A stretch of 64,000 bases of DNA from Steroidobacteraceae bacterium. Its GTDB lineage: Bacteria; Pseudomonadota; Gammaproteobacteria; Steroidobacterales; Steroidobacteraceae. Under the pieces are notes generated by a model. It was not told where the DNA came from, searched no databases, and saw only the letters and a list, made by a program, of their open reading frames with translations. Where the stretch lies: the NCBI GenBank assembly GCA_035556135.1, contig DATMFO010000002.1:35156-99155 (forward strand), given 5' to 3'. Positions 50,700-62,848 of this stretch are shown piece by piece (the first letter of the stretch is position 1; every line of letters starts with the position of its first letter). The position numbers and the translations under genes are program-made.

Positions 50700-51682
50700 A
50701 CAAGCCGGAGCAGGCCGCCGGTCGCCCGCCGCTGCCCGCGGGCATCGCCGTGCTCGGCCCCACCGGCAGTGGCAAGAGCGCGCTGGCGATGCAGATTGCC
50801 GCGCATCTGCCGGCGGAAATCATCAGCGTGGATTCCGCCCAGGTGTATCGCGGCCTGGACATTGGCACCGCCAAGCCCACCGCGGAGGAACGCCGCGCGG
50901 TGCCCCACCATCTCATCGACATCATCGGACCGGAACAGGTGTATTCAGCAGGGCAGTTCCGCACCGACGCGCTGCGCCTGGTGGATGAGATCACCGCGCG
51001 CGGCCGGGTGCCGCTGCTGGTGGGTGGAACCATGCTTTATTTCCGCGCGCTGTTTCGCGGGATCGCCGAACTGCCGGTGGCCGACGTCAACTTGCGTGGG
51101 CAGCTGGATGCGGATGCGGCGCGGCAGGGATGGCCGGCATTGCATGCGCGGCTGGCGGCGCTTGATCCCGAAGCCGCGCGCCGCATTCATCCCAACGACG
51201 CCCAGCGCATCCAGCGGGCACTGGAAATCGCGGCGCTTTCCGGACAGCCGCGCGACCAGTTGTGGATGCAGGACCATTCCTACAACGACTTCAGCCATTG
51301 GCGCATCTGCGTGCTGGAGCCTGGTAATCGCGCGCAGCTGCACGAGTTGTTGCGACAACGGCTGGAGCAGATGGTGCAGGCGGGCCTGGCAGAAGAGGTG
51401 CGGCAACTGCTCGCGCGCGGCACGCTGGAGGAGAACGCGCCGGTGCTGCGGCTCGTCGGATATCGCCAGTTTGTCAGTCATGTACGGGGGCAGGAGTCGC
51501 TGGAGGCAGCGGTTGCCCGTGCCCTCGCCGCGACGCGCCAGCTGGCCAAGCGCCAGCTCACCTGGCTGCGCGGTGACAACCTGTTGCCATCTGGCGCCAG
51601 CGTGCTGCGCAGCGATCCTTTCGCTTCGGGTACAAAAGAACTATTACGCGCGCTCTTGATCGAAGCACGAAAGCCCGCATGA
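50696..51682 (+). CDS. miaA: tRNA dimethylallyltransferase
   Basis: GPTGSGKSALAMQIA...ISVDSAQVYRGLDIGTAKPT. GTG at 50696 overlaps the mutL stop (GTGA). Confidence 0.93.
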   Translation: MNKPEQAAGRPPLPAGIAVLGPTGSGKSALAMQIAAHLPAEIISVDSAQVYRGLDIGTAKPTAEERRAVPHHLIDIIGPEQVYSAGQFRTDALRLVDEITARGRVPLLVGGTMLYFRALFRGIAELPVADVNLRGQLDADAARQGWPALHARLAALDPEAARRIHPNDAQRIQRALEIAALSGQPRDQLWMQDHSYNDFSHWRICVLEPGNRAQLHELLRQRLEQMVQAGLAEEVRQLLARGTLEENAPVLRLVGYRQFVSHVRGQESLEAAVARALAATRQLAKRQLTWLRGDNLLPSGASVLRSDPFASGTKELLRALLIEARKPA

Positions 51683-51715
51683 TAAGATGCAGCGCAACAC
51701 AATAAGGAGAAAGTC

Positions 51716-51970
51716 GTGGCCAAGACCCAGTCGCTGCAGGACCCGTTCCTGAACGCCCTGCGCAAGGAGCGCGTCCCGGTCTCGATCTATCTGGTCAATG
51801 GCATCAAGCTGCAAGGCACGATTGATTCATTCGACCAGTTCGTGGTCCTGCTGAAGAACAGCGTCAACCAGATGGTGTACAAGCACGCCATTTCCACCGT
51901 CGTGCCGGCGCGCAATGTGCGCATTCCCGGCGTTGAGGAAGAGGCGGGCGCGGAGGGCGCCGCAGGCTGA
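51716..51970 (+). CDS. hfq: RNA chaperone Hfq
   Basis: [41 protein letters not shown]...[23 protein letters not shown] and GTG start. Confidence 0.97.
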   Translation: MAKTQSLQDPFLNALRKERVPVSIYLVNGIKLQGTIDSFDQFVVLLKNSVNQMVYKHAISTVVPARNVRIPGVEEEAGAEGAAG

Positions 51971-53304
51971 TGTTCGAACGCCCCCGCACCGGCGAACGCG
52001 CGGTGCTCGTGCGCCTCGGACTCGGCGCACCGCTCGACCCAGAAGACCTGAGTGAATTCACGCAGCTGGCCGTATCGGCCGGCGCGATTCCCGTCGCCAC
52101 CATCACGGGTCGGCGCGAGCGGCCCGATCCCCGTTATTTCGTGGGCAGCGGCAAGGCCGAGCAGATCCGCCTGGAGGCCGAAGCCACCGGCGCCGAAGTG
52201 ATCCTTGTCGATCATCCACTCTCGCCGGGCCAGGAGCGCAATCTCGAGAAGCTCACAGGCAGGCGCGTGCTCGACCGCAGCGGCCTGATCCTCGACATAT
52301 TCGCGCAGCGCGCGCGCAGCCATGAGGGCAAGCTCGAGGTCGAGCTGGCGCAGCTGAAGCACATCGCCAGCCGGCTGGTACGCGGCTGGACCCACCTGGA
52401 GCGCCAGCGCGGTGGCGGCATCGGCAACCGTGGTCCCGGCGAAACGCAGCTGGAAACCGACCGCCGCCTGCTGGGCAAGCGCGTACGCGTGCTCACCGAG
52501 CGGCTGCAGAAGATCAAGCAGCAGCGCGAAACCGGCCGTGATGCGCGTGCCGCCATCCCGGTGCCCTCGGTGGCGCTGGTGGGTTACACCAACGCAGGCA
52601 AGTCCACCCTGTTCCGCGCGCTGTCCGGCGACACCGGGGTTTATGTCGCCGACCAGCTGTTCGCGACGCTCGATCCCACCGTGCGCCGCCTGCGGCTGCC
52701 CGGCGGCACCCAGGTGGTGGTGGCCGACACCGTCGGTTTCATCCGCGACCTGCCGCATGAACTGGTGGCTGCGTTCCAGTCCACGCTCACCGAGGCCCGC
52801 GAGGCCACGCTGCTGCTGCACGTGATCGACGCCAGTGATCCGCGGCGCGGCGAGCACATCGCGGAAGTGGATCGCGTGCTGGAGCACATCGGCGCCGGAT
52901 CGATCCCGGGCATCCGCGTGTTCAACAAGATCGACCGTCTGGAGGAATCCCCGCGCGTGGACCGCGACGAGGCCGGCGTGGTGCAGGCGGTGTGGATCAG
53001 CGCCGCGCACGACATCGGGCTCGACCTGCTCGGCACGGCCGTGGCGGAGCGCCTCGAGCGCTCCGTGCGGCACGTACGGGTGCAGCTGCCCCTGGCCGCT
53101 GGCGCAGCGCGTGCGCGCCTGTATGCAGCCGGGGTGGTGCAGGCCGAGCGGCAGGGCGAGACTGCTTTCGACCTCGACGTGGAGCTTCCGGATGACGAAC
53201 TGGGGCGCCTGCTGGCCGTGCCGGGAGCCAAACTTGTGACCCCCGATGGCGATACCCTAAAATCCACGGGCACGACGCACCGCATTTCATCCGGATTGCG
53301 GTAA
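51970..53304 (+). CDS. hflX: GTPase HflX
   Basis: TGATG overlap with hfq. VALVGYTNAGKSTLFRALSG...DTVGFIRDLPHELV. Confidence 0.95.
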   Translation: MFERPRTGERAVLVRLGLGAPLDPEDLSEFTQLAVSAGAIPVATITGRRERPDPRYFVGSGKAEQIRLEAEATGAEVILVDHPLSPGQERNLEKLTGRRVLDRSGLILDIFAQRARSHEGKLEVELAQLKHIASRLVRGWTHLERQRGGGIGNRGPGETQLETDRRLLGKRVRVLTERLQKIKQQRETGRDARAAIPVPSVALVGYTNAGKSTLFRALSGDTGVYVADQLFATLDPTVRRLRLPGGTQVVVADTVGFIRDLPHELVAAFQSTLTEAREATLLLHVIDASDPRRGEHIAEVDRVLEHIGAGSIPGIRVFNKIDRLEESPRVDRDEAGVVQAVWISAAHDIGLDLLGTAVAERLERSVRHVRVQLPLAAGAARARLYAAGVVQAERQGETAFDLDVELPDDELGRLLAVPGAKLVTPDGDTLKSTGTTHRISSGLR

Positions 53305-53327
53305 CACAGCCTGGCGCCCTCAAAATA

Positions 53328-54458
53328 ATGGCCTGGAACGAGCCCGGAAACCGGGGTGAAGCCCCCTGGGGCAAAAAGCGTCCTGCCGGCAAGTCCGGCG
53401 GCCTGGAACAAACCCTGAAGGACATGCAGCAGAAACTGCAGGCCGCCCTGGGCGGCCGCGGCGAACCTCCCGGCGGCGGCGTTGCGCAGCCTGACGTCAG
53501 CCCCGGCATGGGCTGGGTACTGGCCGTGGTGCTGGTGGTGCTGTGGCTGGCCTCGGGCCTGTTCCAGATCGACGCCTCGGACATCGGGGTGGTGCAGCGC
53601 TTCGGCCGCCACATCGACCAGCGCAGCCCCGGCTTTGGCTGGGCCTTCCCCTGGCCCATCGACAAGGTCACCAAGGTCAACGTGTCGCGCGTGAACAGCG
53701 TCGAGCATGGCTCGCGCATGCTCACCGCAGACGTGAACCTGGTGGAGATCCGGGCCACGACCCAGTACATCAACGCCGATCCGGTGAAGGTGCTGTTCCA
53801 GGTGAAGGACCTGCCGACCACCATCGAGGAGGTCAGCGAGAGCGCCATCCGCGAGATCGTCGGCCAGGCCAGCCTTGAAGACGTGCTGGGCGCGGCGCGC
53901 CAGCGCATCACCGAGAATGCGCGGGACCTCATCCAGCGCACCCTCGACAGCTACAACGCCGGCGTGCGCGTCACCAGCGTCAACCTCACCAACGTGCAGG
54001 TGCCCGACGACGTGGTGGGCGCACAGCGCGACGCGAACAAGGCCATCGAGGACCGCGAGCGCTTCGCGCAGGAAGCCCAGGCCTATGCCAACGACATCCT
54101 GCCGCGTGCCCAAGGTACCGCCCAGCGCATGATCCAGGACGCCGAAGCCTACAAGGCCCAGGTGGTGACCCTGGCCCAGGGCGACGTGGCGCGTTTCAAC
54201 AGCGTGTATTCCGCCTACGCGCAGGCGCCTGAAGTGACGCGCCAGCGCATGTACATCGAGACCGTCGAGCAGATCATGCGCGAGTCCCAGAAGGTCATCC
54301 TCGACACGAAGTCCGGCAGCGGCAACATGATCTACCTGCCGCTGGACCGCCTGATGGAGCGCAACGCCACGGGCACACAAGGCAGCGTGAGCGCCGCACC
54401 GGCGCTGCCCGAGCTGCCGGCTGTGACCGTGGATGGTCGCCCGAGGGCCACCCGATGA
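53328..54458 (+). CDS. hflK: FtsH protease modulator HflK
   Basis: MAWNEPGNRGEAPWG N-terminus, one TM segment and an SPFH domain. Confidence 0.93.
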   Translation: MAWNEPGNRGEAPWGKKRPAGKSGGLEQTLKDMQQKLQAALGGRGEPPGGGVAQPDVSPGMGWVLAVVLVVLWLASGLFQIDASDIGVVQRFGRHIDQRSPGFGWAFPWPIDKVTKVNVSRVNSVEHGSRMLTADVNLVEIRATTQYINADPVKVLFQVKDLPTTIEEVSESAIREIVGQASLEDVLGAARQRITENARDLIQRTLDSYNAGVRVTSVNLTNVQVPDDVVGAQRDANKAIEDRERFAQEAQAYANDILPRAQGTAQRMIQDAEAYKAQVVTLAQGDVARFNSVYSAYAQAPEVTRQRMYIETVEQIMRESQKVILDTKSGSGNMIYLPLDRLMERNATGTQGSVSAAPALPELPAVTVDGRPRATR

Positions 54459-55324
54459 TGCCGCGTCCGCAGAACCTGCTGGTCGCCGCGGTGGTGCTGG
54501 CCGCGCTGGCCTGGGGGAGCCTCTTCCAGGTGGGCGAGAACCAGCTGGCCATCCGCACCGAGTTTGGCAAGATCGTGGGGCAGGGCTACGGGCCCGGCCT
54601 GCATGTGAAGTGGCCGCTGGTGAACGAAGTGACGCGTTTCGAGCGCCGCATCATCACCCAGGCGTACCGGGGCGAAACCTTCCTCACGAGTGAGAACAAG
54701 GCGCTCAACGTCGACTTCTACGTGAAGTGGCGCGTGCAGGATGCCTCGCAGTATTTCCGCGCCACCAACGGCATCGAGACCTTTGCCTCCGCCAGGCTGG
54801 GCGATACCGTGAAGGACGGCATCAAGGGCGTGGTGGCGCGTCGCACGCTCGAGGAGATCGTCGTCACCGAACGCACGGCCTTCACCGGCGACATGATCAG
54901 CCGCGCCAACGAGATCGTGAATGAGCTGGGCGTGCAGCTGGTGGACGTGCGCGTGCAGCGCATCGACCTGCCGGAAGACGTCAGCGAAGCCGTGTACCGC
55001 CGCATGCAGGAAAGCTTCCGCGCGCTGGCCAATCGCCTGCGCGGCGAGGGCACGGCGGAAAAGGATCGCATCCAGGCCGAGGCCGACCGCAAGCGCACCG
55101 AACTGCTGGCCACCGCGCAGAGCGACGCGCAGCGCATACGCGGCGAGGGTGACGGGGAAGCAGCCCGCATCTACGGCCAGGCCTACGGCCGTGCACCGGA
55201 GTTCTACACCTTCTACCGCAGCCTGCAGGCATATCGCGGCGCACTGGCGCGTCCCGGCGATGTGTGGGTCGTCACGCCCGAAAGCGATTTCTTCAAATAC
55301 CTTGAAAGCGGTGGGCGGCGCTGA
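54455..55324 (+). CDS. hflC: FtsH protease modulator HflC
   Basis: ATGA overlap with hflK. SPFH domain; LFQVGENQLAIRTEFGKIV. Confidence 0.93.
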   Translation: MMPRPQNLLVAAVVLAALAWGSLFQVGENQLAIRTEFGKIVGQGYGPGLHVKWPLVNEVTRFERRIITQAYRGETFLTSENKALNVDFYVKWRVQDASQYFRATNGIETFASARLGDTVKDGIKGVVARRTLEEIVVTERTAFTGDMISRANEIVNELGVQLVDVRVQRIDLPEDVSEAVYRRMQESFRALANRLRGEGTAEKDRIQAEADRKRTELLATAQSDAQRIRGEGDGEAARIYGQAYGRAPEFYTFYRSLQAYRGALARPGDVWVVTPESDFFKYLESGGRR

Positions 55325-55351
55325 CGCGCCCGCCGGGAAGCTGCGCGCGTC

Positions 55352-56867
<1,516 letters not shown>

Positions 56868-56898
56868 AAGAGCGAGCCCAGAAGGCCACGGGGGATCC

Positions 56899-58374
56899 AT
56901 GCCGAAGTTTCCGAATACGCTGCCCTACATCGCCCTGAACCGGCCTGTACGCATCGAGGCCTCGCTGCGCGACCTGGAAGTGGAGGGCACCATTCCGGAG
57001 GACGTGCAGGGTGCGTTTTTCCGCGCTGTGCCTGATCCCGCCCATGCACCGCTGTTCGAGGATGACATCACGCTCTCGGCAGACGGCATGGTGGCCCGTT
57101 TCCTGTTCGAGGGCGGGCAGGTGGACTACGACATCAAGTACGTGCGCACGCACCGCTACGAGGCGGAGCGCAAGGCGCGCAAGGCGCTGTACGGCCACTA
57201 CCGCAATCCCTTCACCGACGATCCCTCCGTGCGCGATCCTTCGCGCCCGGACCTGCGCACAGTGGCGAACACCACGCCGGTGTGGCATGCCGGCCGGCTG
57301 TTCATGACCAAGGAAGACGGTCGACCTTACGAGATCAATCCGCACACGCTGGAGACCGTGGGCTACTGGGATTACGAGGGCAAGCTGCGCTCGCTGACCC
57401 TCACTGCGCATCCGCGCGTGGATGCGGCCACGGGCGAGATGTTCACCTATGGCTACGAGGCCGGCGGGCTGGCCACGCGCGATGTGGCCTACTGCATCAT
57501 CGATGCCCAGGGAAACCTGACGTCCGAGCAGTGGTTCCAGGCGCCATACGTGGCCTCCATCCACGATTTCTGCATCACGCAGAAATACGCCATCTTCCCC
57601 GTCTACCCGACCACGGCGGACATCGACCGCATGAAGGCCGGCGGCGCCCACTGGGCGCACCAGCAGGACCTGGAAAGCTGGGTGGGCGTGATGCCCCGCT
57701 ACGGCAAGGTGGAGGAGATGCGCTGGTTCAAGGGGCCGAAGGGCGTCTCGGCCTTCCACCTCACCAATGCCTTCGACGATGGCGGAAAGATCCACATGGA
57801 TGCCTGCCTTTCGGAAACCTGCGCGTTTCCCTTCATGCGCGAGGCCGGCGGCATCCAGAAGAACCAGTGGGAGATCCAGAGTGCGCTCACGCGCTGGACC
57901 ATCGACATGGACCAGCCGGGCGATGCCATCCAGTCCACTCCCATCGGCCCGCCCGGCGACCTGCCGCGCATCCGCGATGCTGACCAGGGCCTGCCTTATG
58001 GCGTTATCTGGCTGCCGACGATGAACCCGCAGGCCAAGGGTCCGCCGCTGGTGGGCAATGTGGTGGGCGCTGCTTTCAACTGCCTGGTGCGCATCGACCT
58101 TGCCACGCGCCGCGTGGACGCACTGGCGCTGGATCCAGGCATGGCCATCAATGAACCCGTGCACGTGTCTTCATCGAAGCCGGGGCATGGCGGCTGGCTG
58201 CTGGCCGTGGTGGATCGCGAGGCTGCGCGTGACTATGACAGCGAGCTGTGGATCCTCGATGCCGACAACATCGCCGCGCCGCCGGTGGCCAAGGTGAAGA
58301 TTCCGTTGCCGGTGCGGCCGCAGGTGCACGGGTCGTGGGTATCCGCGCAGCAGCTGGCGCAATCCAGGCGCTGA
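56899..58374 (+). CDS. carotenoid oxygenase family protein (carotenoid/stilbene-cleaving dioxygenase)
   Basis: Four spaced His contexts (LTAHPRVD, ASIHDFCIT, SAFHLTNAF, QVHGSWV) and overall family-typical sequence. Confidence 0.85.
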   Translation: MPKFPNTLPYIALNRPVRIEASLRDLEVEGTIPEDVQGAFFRAVPDPAHAPLFEDDITLSADGMVARFLFEGGQVDYDIKYVRTHRYEAERKARKALYGHYRNPFTDDPSVRDPSRPDLRTVANTTPVWHAGRLFMTKEDGRPYEINPHTLETVGYWDYEGKLRSLTLTAHPRVDAATGEMFTYGYEAGGLATRDVAYCIIDAQGNLTSEQWFQAPYVASIHDFCITQKYAIFPVYPTTADIDRMKAGGAHWAHQQDLESWVGVMPRYGKVEEMRWFKGPKGVSAFHLTNAFDDGGKIHMDACLSETCAFPFMREAGGIQKNQWEIQSALTRWTIDMDQPGDAIQSTPIGPPGDLPRIRDADQGLPYGVIWLPTMNPQAKGPPLVGNVVGAAFNCLVRIDLATRRVDALALDPGMAINEPVHVSSSKPGHGGWLLAVVDREAARDYDSELWILDADNIAAPPVAKVKIPLPVRPQVHGSWVSAQQLAQSRR

Positions 58375-58487
58375 TGAGTCCCGCCAATGCCATTCCGACA
58401 TGACAGGAACATGACTGCGGGGCCGTAACAAGGCCGCAACATCCGCGCCACAAACTCTCGCACATCCAATCCGGAACGTGGGAGCAG

Positions 58488-60119
58488 ATGGCGATGAATA
58501 CAGTGCGGTTGATGGTGGCGGGTATCGTGGCGGCATCCCTTGCAGGCTGCGGTGCGGACGAGATCGTGTCGCCGGGCAGCGGCGGAAACATCACCATCAA
58601 CAACCCGCCGGCAAATCCGCCGGGCAATGGCGGCGGCGATCCGGGTGATGACCTGGTCGAGCCGGCATCCGGCTGCCCGACCATCGCCAACAATCCCGGC
58701 CTGCGGGACGACGGCACCATCACCGGCCCGACCGGCACTTACCGCGTATGTGCGTTGCCGGCGCGATTCACCACCAGCACTGCGTTGCAGCGCTTCCCGG
58801 GTCTGCTTTATGCCCTCGACGGCCGCGTGGACGTGGGCTGCGACCTGGGTGCGGGCGCTGCCACGCTGCCGGGTGGCAGTGCCTGCCTCAACACCACCCC
58901 GGTCACGCTCTCGATCCAGCCGGGCGTGGTGATTTTCGCCAAGACGGGGACATCCTGGCTGGTGGTGAACCGACACAACCGCATCAACGCGGTGGGCGAG
59001 ACCACGCGTCCCATCGTGTTCACCAGCCGTGACAATGTGCAGGGCCTGGCCGGTGATGATTCGCAGGGCCAGTGGGGCGGTGTAGTGCTCCTGGGCCGTG
59101 CACCGATCACCGACTGTGCCGCTGCGGGTGCCACTCCCGGCACCGAGCAGTGCGAGCGCCAGACCGAAGGCGCCGTGGACCCGGCCCTGTTCGGCGGCGC
59201 AACCGCCAACGACAACAGCGGCACGCTGCGTTACGTGCAGATCCGCTACTCCGGCTATGTGCTGTCGGGCAACAGCGAGCTGCAGTCGCTCACACTGGGC
59301 GGTGTGGGCAGCGGCACGCAGATCTCCCACATCCAGTCGCACAACAGTTCCGATGATGGCTTCGAGAATTTCGGTGGCACGGTGCCACTGCGCCGCTTTG
59401 TCATCACGGGCGCGGACGATGACAGCATCGATGTGGACACCGGATATCGCGGCACCATCCAGCACGTGATTGCCGTCCAGAAGACCACCGGCGCGGCTGA
59501 CTCGATGATCGAACTGGACAGCCCGGGTGCCAATTCCACGACGGCCGAGAACCAGGTGCCGCGCACCTGGCTGAAGCTGGCCAACTTCACCTTCGTGCAC
59601 CGCAATCCGGCTTCCGGCAATGGCGCGGCGATGCGCTTTCGCGGTGGTGCGGACGCCAGCCTGGTCAACGGCATCGTGATCTCGCCGATGGCTGCGCTGC
59701 GCATGGACAACACCAATGGTGGCGTCAATATCCTGGGCACGGACGGGGCAGTGGACAAGGTTGGTCCGCCCTCGTTCCTGTCGGTGGTGCTGCAGAGCGG
59801 GGCGGCTTCCCCGTTCAGCGGCAGCGGCGGCACGCCGGCCCTGACGGCAGGTGATGTGGCCGCAGCCTTCAACGCAGGCACCAACAACAACGTGGCGTTC
59901 GTCACCAGCCTCACCGGCGGCTTCGTCAATGGTGCCAACGAGACGGCAGTCGTGGCGACCAACCCCGCTACGGTGGACGCGGCGTTCGATGCCACTGACT
60001 ACGTCGGTGCAGTGCCCATCGGTGGGGACGCGTGGTATGCGGGCTGGACCTGCAACTCGGCGACAGCCACGTTCGGCTCGGCGAGCGGATCCTGCACTTC
60101 CATCCCGGCGCTGGATTGA
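58488..60119 (+). CDS. Cys-rich lipoprotein of unknown function, cotranscribed with a TonB-dependent receptor
   Basis: Lipobox AASLAGC|GAD. 543 aa with 8 further Cys and a repetitive beta-rich central region. An alternative ATG lies at 58494. Confidence 0.7.
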   Translation: MAMNTVRLMVAGIVAASLAGCGADEIVSPGSGGNITINNPPANPPGNGGGDPGDDLVEPASGCPTIANNPGLRDDGTITGPTGTYRVCALPARFTTSTALQRFPGLLYALDGRVDVGCDLGAGAATLPGGSACLNTTPVTLSIQPGVVIFAKTGTSWLVVNRHNRINAVGETTRPIVFTSRDNVQGLAGDDSQGQWGGVVLLGRAPITDCAAAGATPGTEQCERQTEGAVDPALFGGATANDNSGTLRYVQIRYSGYVLSGNSELQSLTLGGVGSGTQISHIQSHNSSDDGFENFGGTVPLRRFVITGADDDSIDVDTGYRGTIQHVIAVQKTTGAADSMIELDSPGANSTTAENQVPRTWLKLANFTFVHRNPASGNGAAMRFRGGADASLVNGIVISPMAALRMDNTNGGVNILGTDGAVDKVGPPSFLSVVLQSGAASPFSGSGGTPALTAGDVAAAFNAGTNNNVAFVTSLTGGFVNGANETAVVATNPATVDAAFDATDYVGAVPIGGDAWYAGWTCNSATATFGSASGSCTSIPALD

Positions 60120-60124
60120 TCCCG

Positions 60125-62818
60125 ATGTCGCAGCTGATCAAGCGGGCCGTTCCGGTCCTGGCGGTGGCGATGGCAGTACGGGTGGCACTGGCGCAGGCGC
60201 CGGTGCCTGTCGCGGCACGGCCAGATGTGGACGTGGCAGCCCCTGGTGGACTCACCGTGCTGGAGGAAGAACTCGAGGAAGTCGTTGTGGAGGGGCGCCG
60301 GCTGGCTGACATCCAGCAGGCCGTCACCGAAGTGGTTTCCATCCTGTCTGCCGAGGACATCGCGCGGACAGGTGAGGGCGACATCGCCGGTGCCCTCAGT
60401 TTCGTGCCCGGGCTGTCCGTGGTCGGGGGAGGCTTTGTCTACGTGCGTGGCCTCGGCGACCGCTACTCACTGGCGCTGCTGAATGGATCGCCGCTGCCAA
60501 GTCCGGAGCCGCTGCGTCGGGCGGTGCCGCTGGACCTCTTTCCCACCGACGTGGTGGCATCTTCGATGGTGCAGAAGACCTACTCGCCGAACTATCCCGG
60601 GGAATTCGGCGGTGGCGTGATCAACCTCACCACGGTAGCCATCCCGAAGATGCCCTTCCTGAATATCGGAGCGGGCATCAGCGGCGATTCCGGGACCACC
60701 GGCCAGCTGGGCTACGATCACTTCGGCGGCAAATACGACTGGACTGGCTACGACGCCGGTGCCCGCACCCTGCCGTCGGGCCTGAGGGATTTCCTGGCGA
60801 GCGGCGAGCGCATCAGCAGCGGAACCGTGGATTCGGGCGAGATCGCCAGGCAGTTCGTCGGCTGGCGCAACGGACTGGTGCAGGAGATCGGCAGCGTGCC
60901 TGCCAACTGGTCGGGCTCGCTCACCGGTGGTACATCATGGTCGGTGGGTGGTGGCGAGCTGGGCCTCGTGGGCACGGCAGGCTACAGCAACAAATGGCGC
61001 ACCCGCGACAACCTTGAACAGACGCCAGGCAGCATCGACCTGTCGGCAACCGACAAGGACTACCGCAGCGTGGCCACCGAGAATCGCATCGTGACCAACG
61101 CGCTGCTGGGCGTGGGATTCGAGTCCGGCGGCAACCGCCTGCGCTGGACCAACCTGTACATCCACGACACCCTCAAGCGCACCAGCCTGGCCGAAGGACA
61201 GTGGAACGTCACCTATGCCGGTGACTGGGATTTCCGTGAGCAGTCCACAGGATGGTATGAGCGCCAGCTGATGGGAACGCAGCTGACCGGTACGTTGGCG
61301 CTGGATCCGCTGACGATCAATTCGCGCGCTTCGCTGTCCCGGTCCTCGCGCGAGGCGCCTTTCGAAGTGTCCATGGGCTATTCGCGCAGCAACAATCCGA
61401 TGGACCCGTATGGCGCGTATTTCGTCAACAAGCTCAGTTCGAACAATCGCAACTATGCCACCGTGGCCTTTTCGGACCTCGATGAGGATCTGGTCTCCGC
61501 GGGCGCGGACGCGTCCCTGCGGGCCGCTCCAGGCGTGGTGCTATCGGCCGGCTATGACTACGCCTACACGGCGCGTGATTCCTCGCGCCGGGAGTTCCAG
61601 CTGGTGGCGCCCCAATCCTCCGAGTGGCTCAACAGCGGCGTCCCGCTGCTGCGGCCGGATGCGCTGCTCGGCGCCGGGGTGATCGAGCACTTCGGCATCT
61701 CGCTGCGCGAGACCACCGAGACCGATCCGGCATTTGCCGCGCGCCTGATGACCCATGCGGCATTCGCCCAGGTGCAGGCCCAGTTCGGGGCGGCCGTGGA
61801 GCTGTCCGCTGGTGCCCGGTTCGAACGCGGCAAGCAGGTGGTGAGGCCGGAAGCCGTGTTCAACAGCATGACCAACTCCGGTGCGGCCAATCGCATCGAG
61901 AATGACTATTTGCTGCCCGCCGCCACCCTGACCTGGAAGTTCGGGGAGGGGCGGGACCGGCAGATCCGCCTCAACGTATCCAGGACCATCGCCCGGCCAC
62001 AGTTCCGCGAGTTGCTGTTCCAGCGCTACTTCGATCCCGAGGCCAACCGCGAATACCTCGGCAACCCCCTGCTCGAGGACAGCGAGTTCCTGAACGGGGA
62101 AGCGCGCTACGAGCATTACTTCGCCACCGGGCAGCGGTTTTCCGTGGCTGGCTTCTACAAGCAGATCGACAAGCCGATCGAGGCCTACACGTACTTTCCG
62201 CAGAGTACGCCGGAAACCAGCTTCGCCAATGCGCCAGAGGCCGAGCTCCATGGCATCGAGGCGGAGGTGCAGAAATACTTCCGGCTGGATGGACTGGCGG
62301 ACGGCGAAGGCGGGGCCATCGGCAATTTCCTGGGGCAGCGCCGCGTGGTTGCGATCGGCAACTACACCTTCACCGATTCATCGATCAAGGTCGGTGCCGG
62401 CGACACCACGGAGATCTACGGGTCTGCGGTCACCACGCGTCCGGCCAGCAATTACTTCGTGGATGGCGCCAGGCTGACAGGCCAGTCCAGGCACCTGGTG
62501 AACCTGCAGCTCGGACTGGAGCGGCCGGATCGCCTTTCGCAGCAGACCATCCTGGTGTCCTACGCCAGTGACCGGGTGACCAGCCGCAGCAGCAGCGCTG
62601 CCTGGCCGGACATCCACGAGTCGCCGGGCCTGCGCGTGGACTTCGTCGTCCGGCAGGGACTGTCGGTCTTCGGGCAGTCGATGGATCTCAAGCTGGAAGC
62701 CCGCAACCTGCTCGGTCGTGGCTATCGCGAGTACCAGAAGAATGGCTCGAACTTCATCTACTACAACCGGTATGCGGTCGGGACCTCGTTCTCGGCCTCG
62801 GTGGGCATGACCTTCTGA
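60125..62818 (+). CDS. TonB-dependent receptor
   Basis: ATG at 60125 gives MSQLIKRAVPVLAVAMAVRVALAQA. Plug region VYVRGLGDRYSLALLNGSPLPSPEPLRRAVPLDLFP. C-terminus ends SASVGMTF. Confidence 0.9.
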   Translation: MSQLIKRAVPVLAVAMAVRVALAQAPVPVAARPDVDVAAPGGLTVLEEELEEVVVEGRRLADIQQAVTEVVSILSAEDIARTGEGDIAGALSFVPGLSVVGGGFVYVRGLGDRYSLALLNGSPLPSPEPLRRAVPLDLFPTDVVASSMVQKTYSPNYPGEFGGGVINLTTVAIPKMPFLNIGAGISGDSGTTGQLGYDHFGGKYDWTGYDAGARTLPSGLRDFLASGERISSGTVDSGEIARQFVGWRNGLVQEIGSVPANWSGSLTGGTSWSVGGGELGLVGTAGYSNKWRTRDNLEQTPGSIDLSATDKDYRSVATENRIVTNALLGVGFESGGNRLRWTNLYIHDTLKRTSLAEGQWNVTYAGDWDFREQSTGWYERQLMGTQLTGTLALDPLTINSRASLSRSSREAPFEVSMGYSRSNNPMDPYGAYFVNKLSSNNRNYATVAFSDLDEDLVSAGADASLRAAPGVVLSAGYDYAYTARDSSRREFQLVAPQSSEWLNSGVPLLRPDALLGAGVIEHFGISLRETTETDPAFAARLMTHAAFAQVQAQFGAAVELSAGARFERGKQVVRPEAVFNSMTNSGAANRIENDYLLPAATLTWKFGEGRDRQIRLNVSRTIARPQFRELLFQRYFDPEANREYLGNPLLEDSEFLNGEARYEHYFATGQRFSVAGFYKQIDKPIEAYTYFPQSTPETSFANAPEAELHGIEAEVQKYFRLDGLADGEGGAIGNFLGQRRVVAIGNYTFTDSSIKVGAGDTTEIYGSAVTTRPASNYFVDGARLTGQSRHLVNLQLGLERPDRLSQQTILVSYASDRVTSRSSSAAWPDIHESPGLRVDFVVRQGLSVFGQSMDLKLEARNLLGRGYREYQKNGSNFIYYNRYAVGTSFSASVGMTF

Positions 62819-62848
62819 TCCCGCTGCCCCTGGCGACCGGCGGCTCGG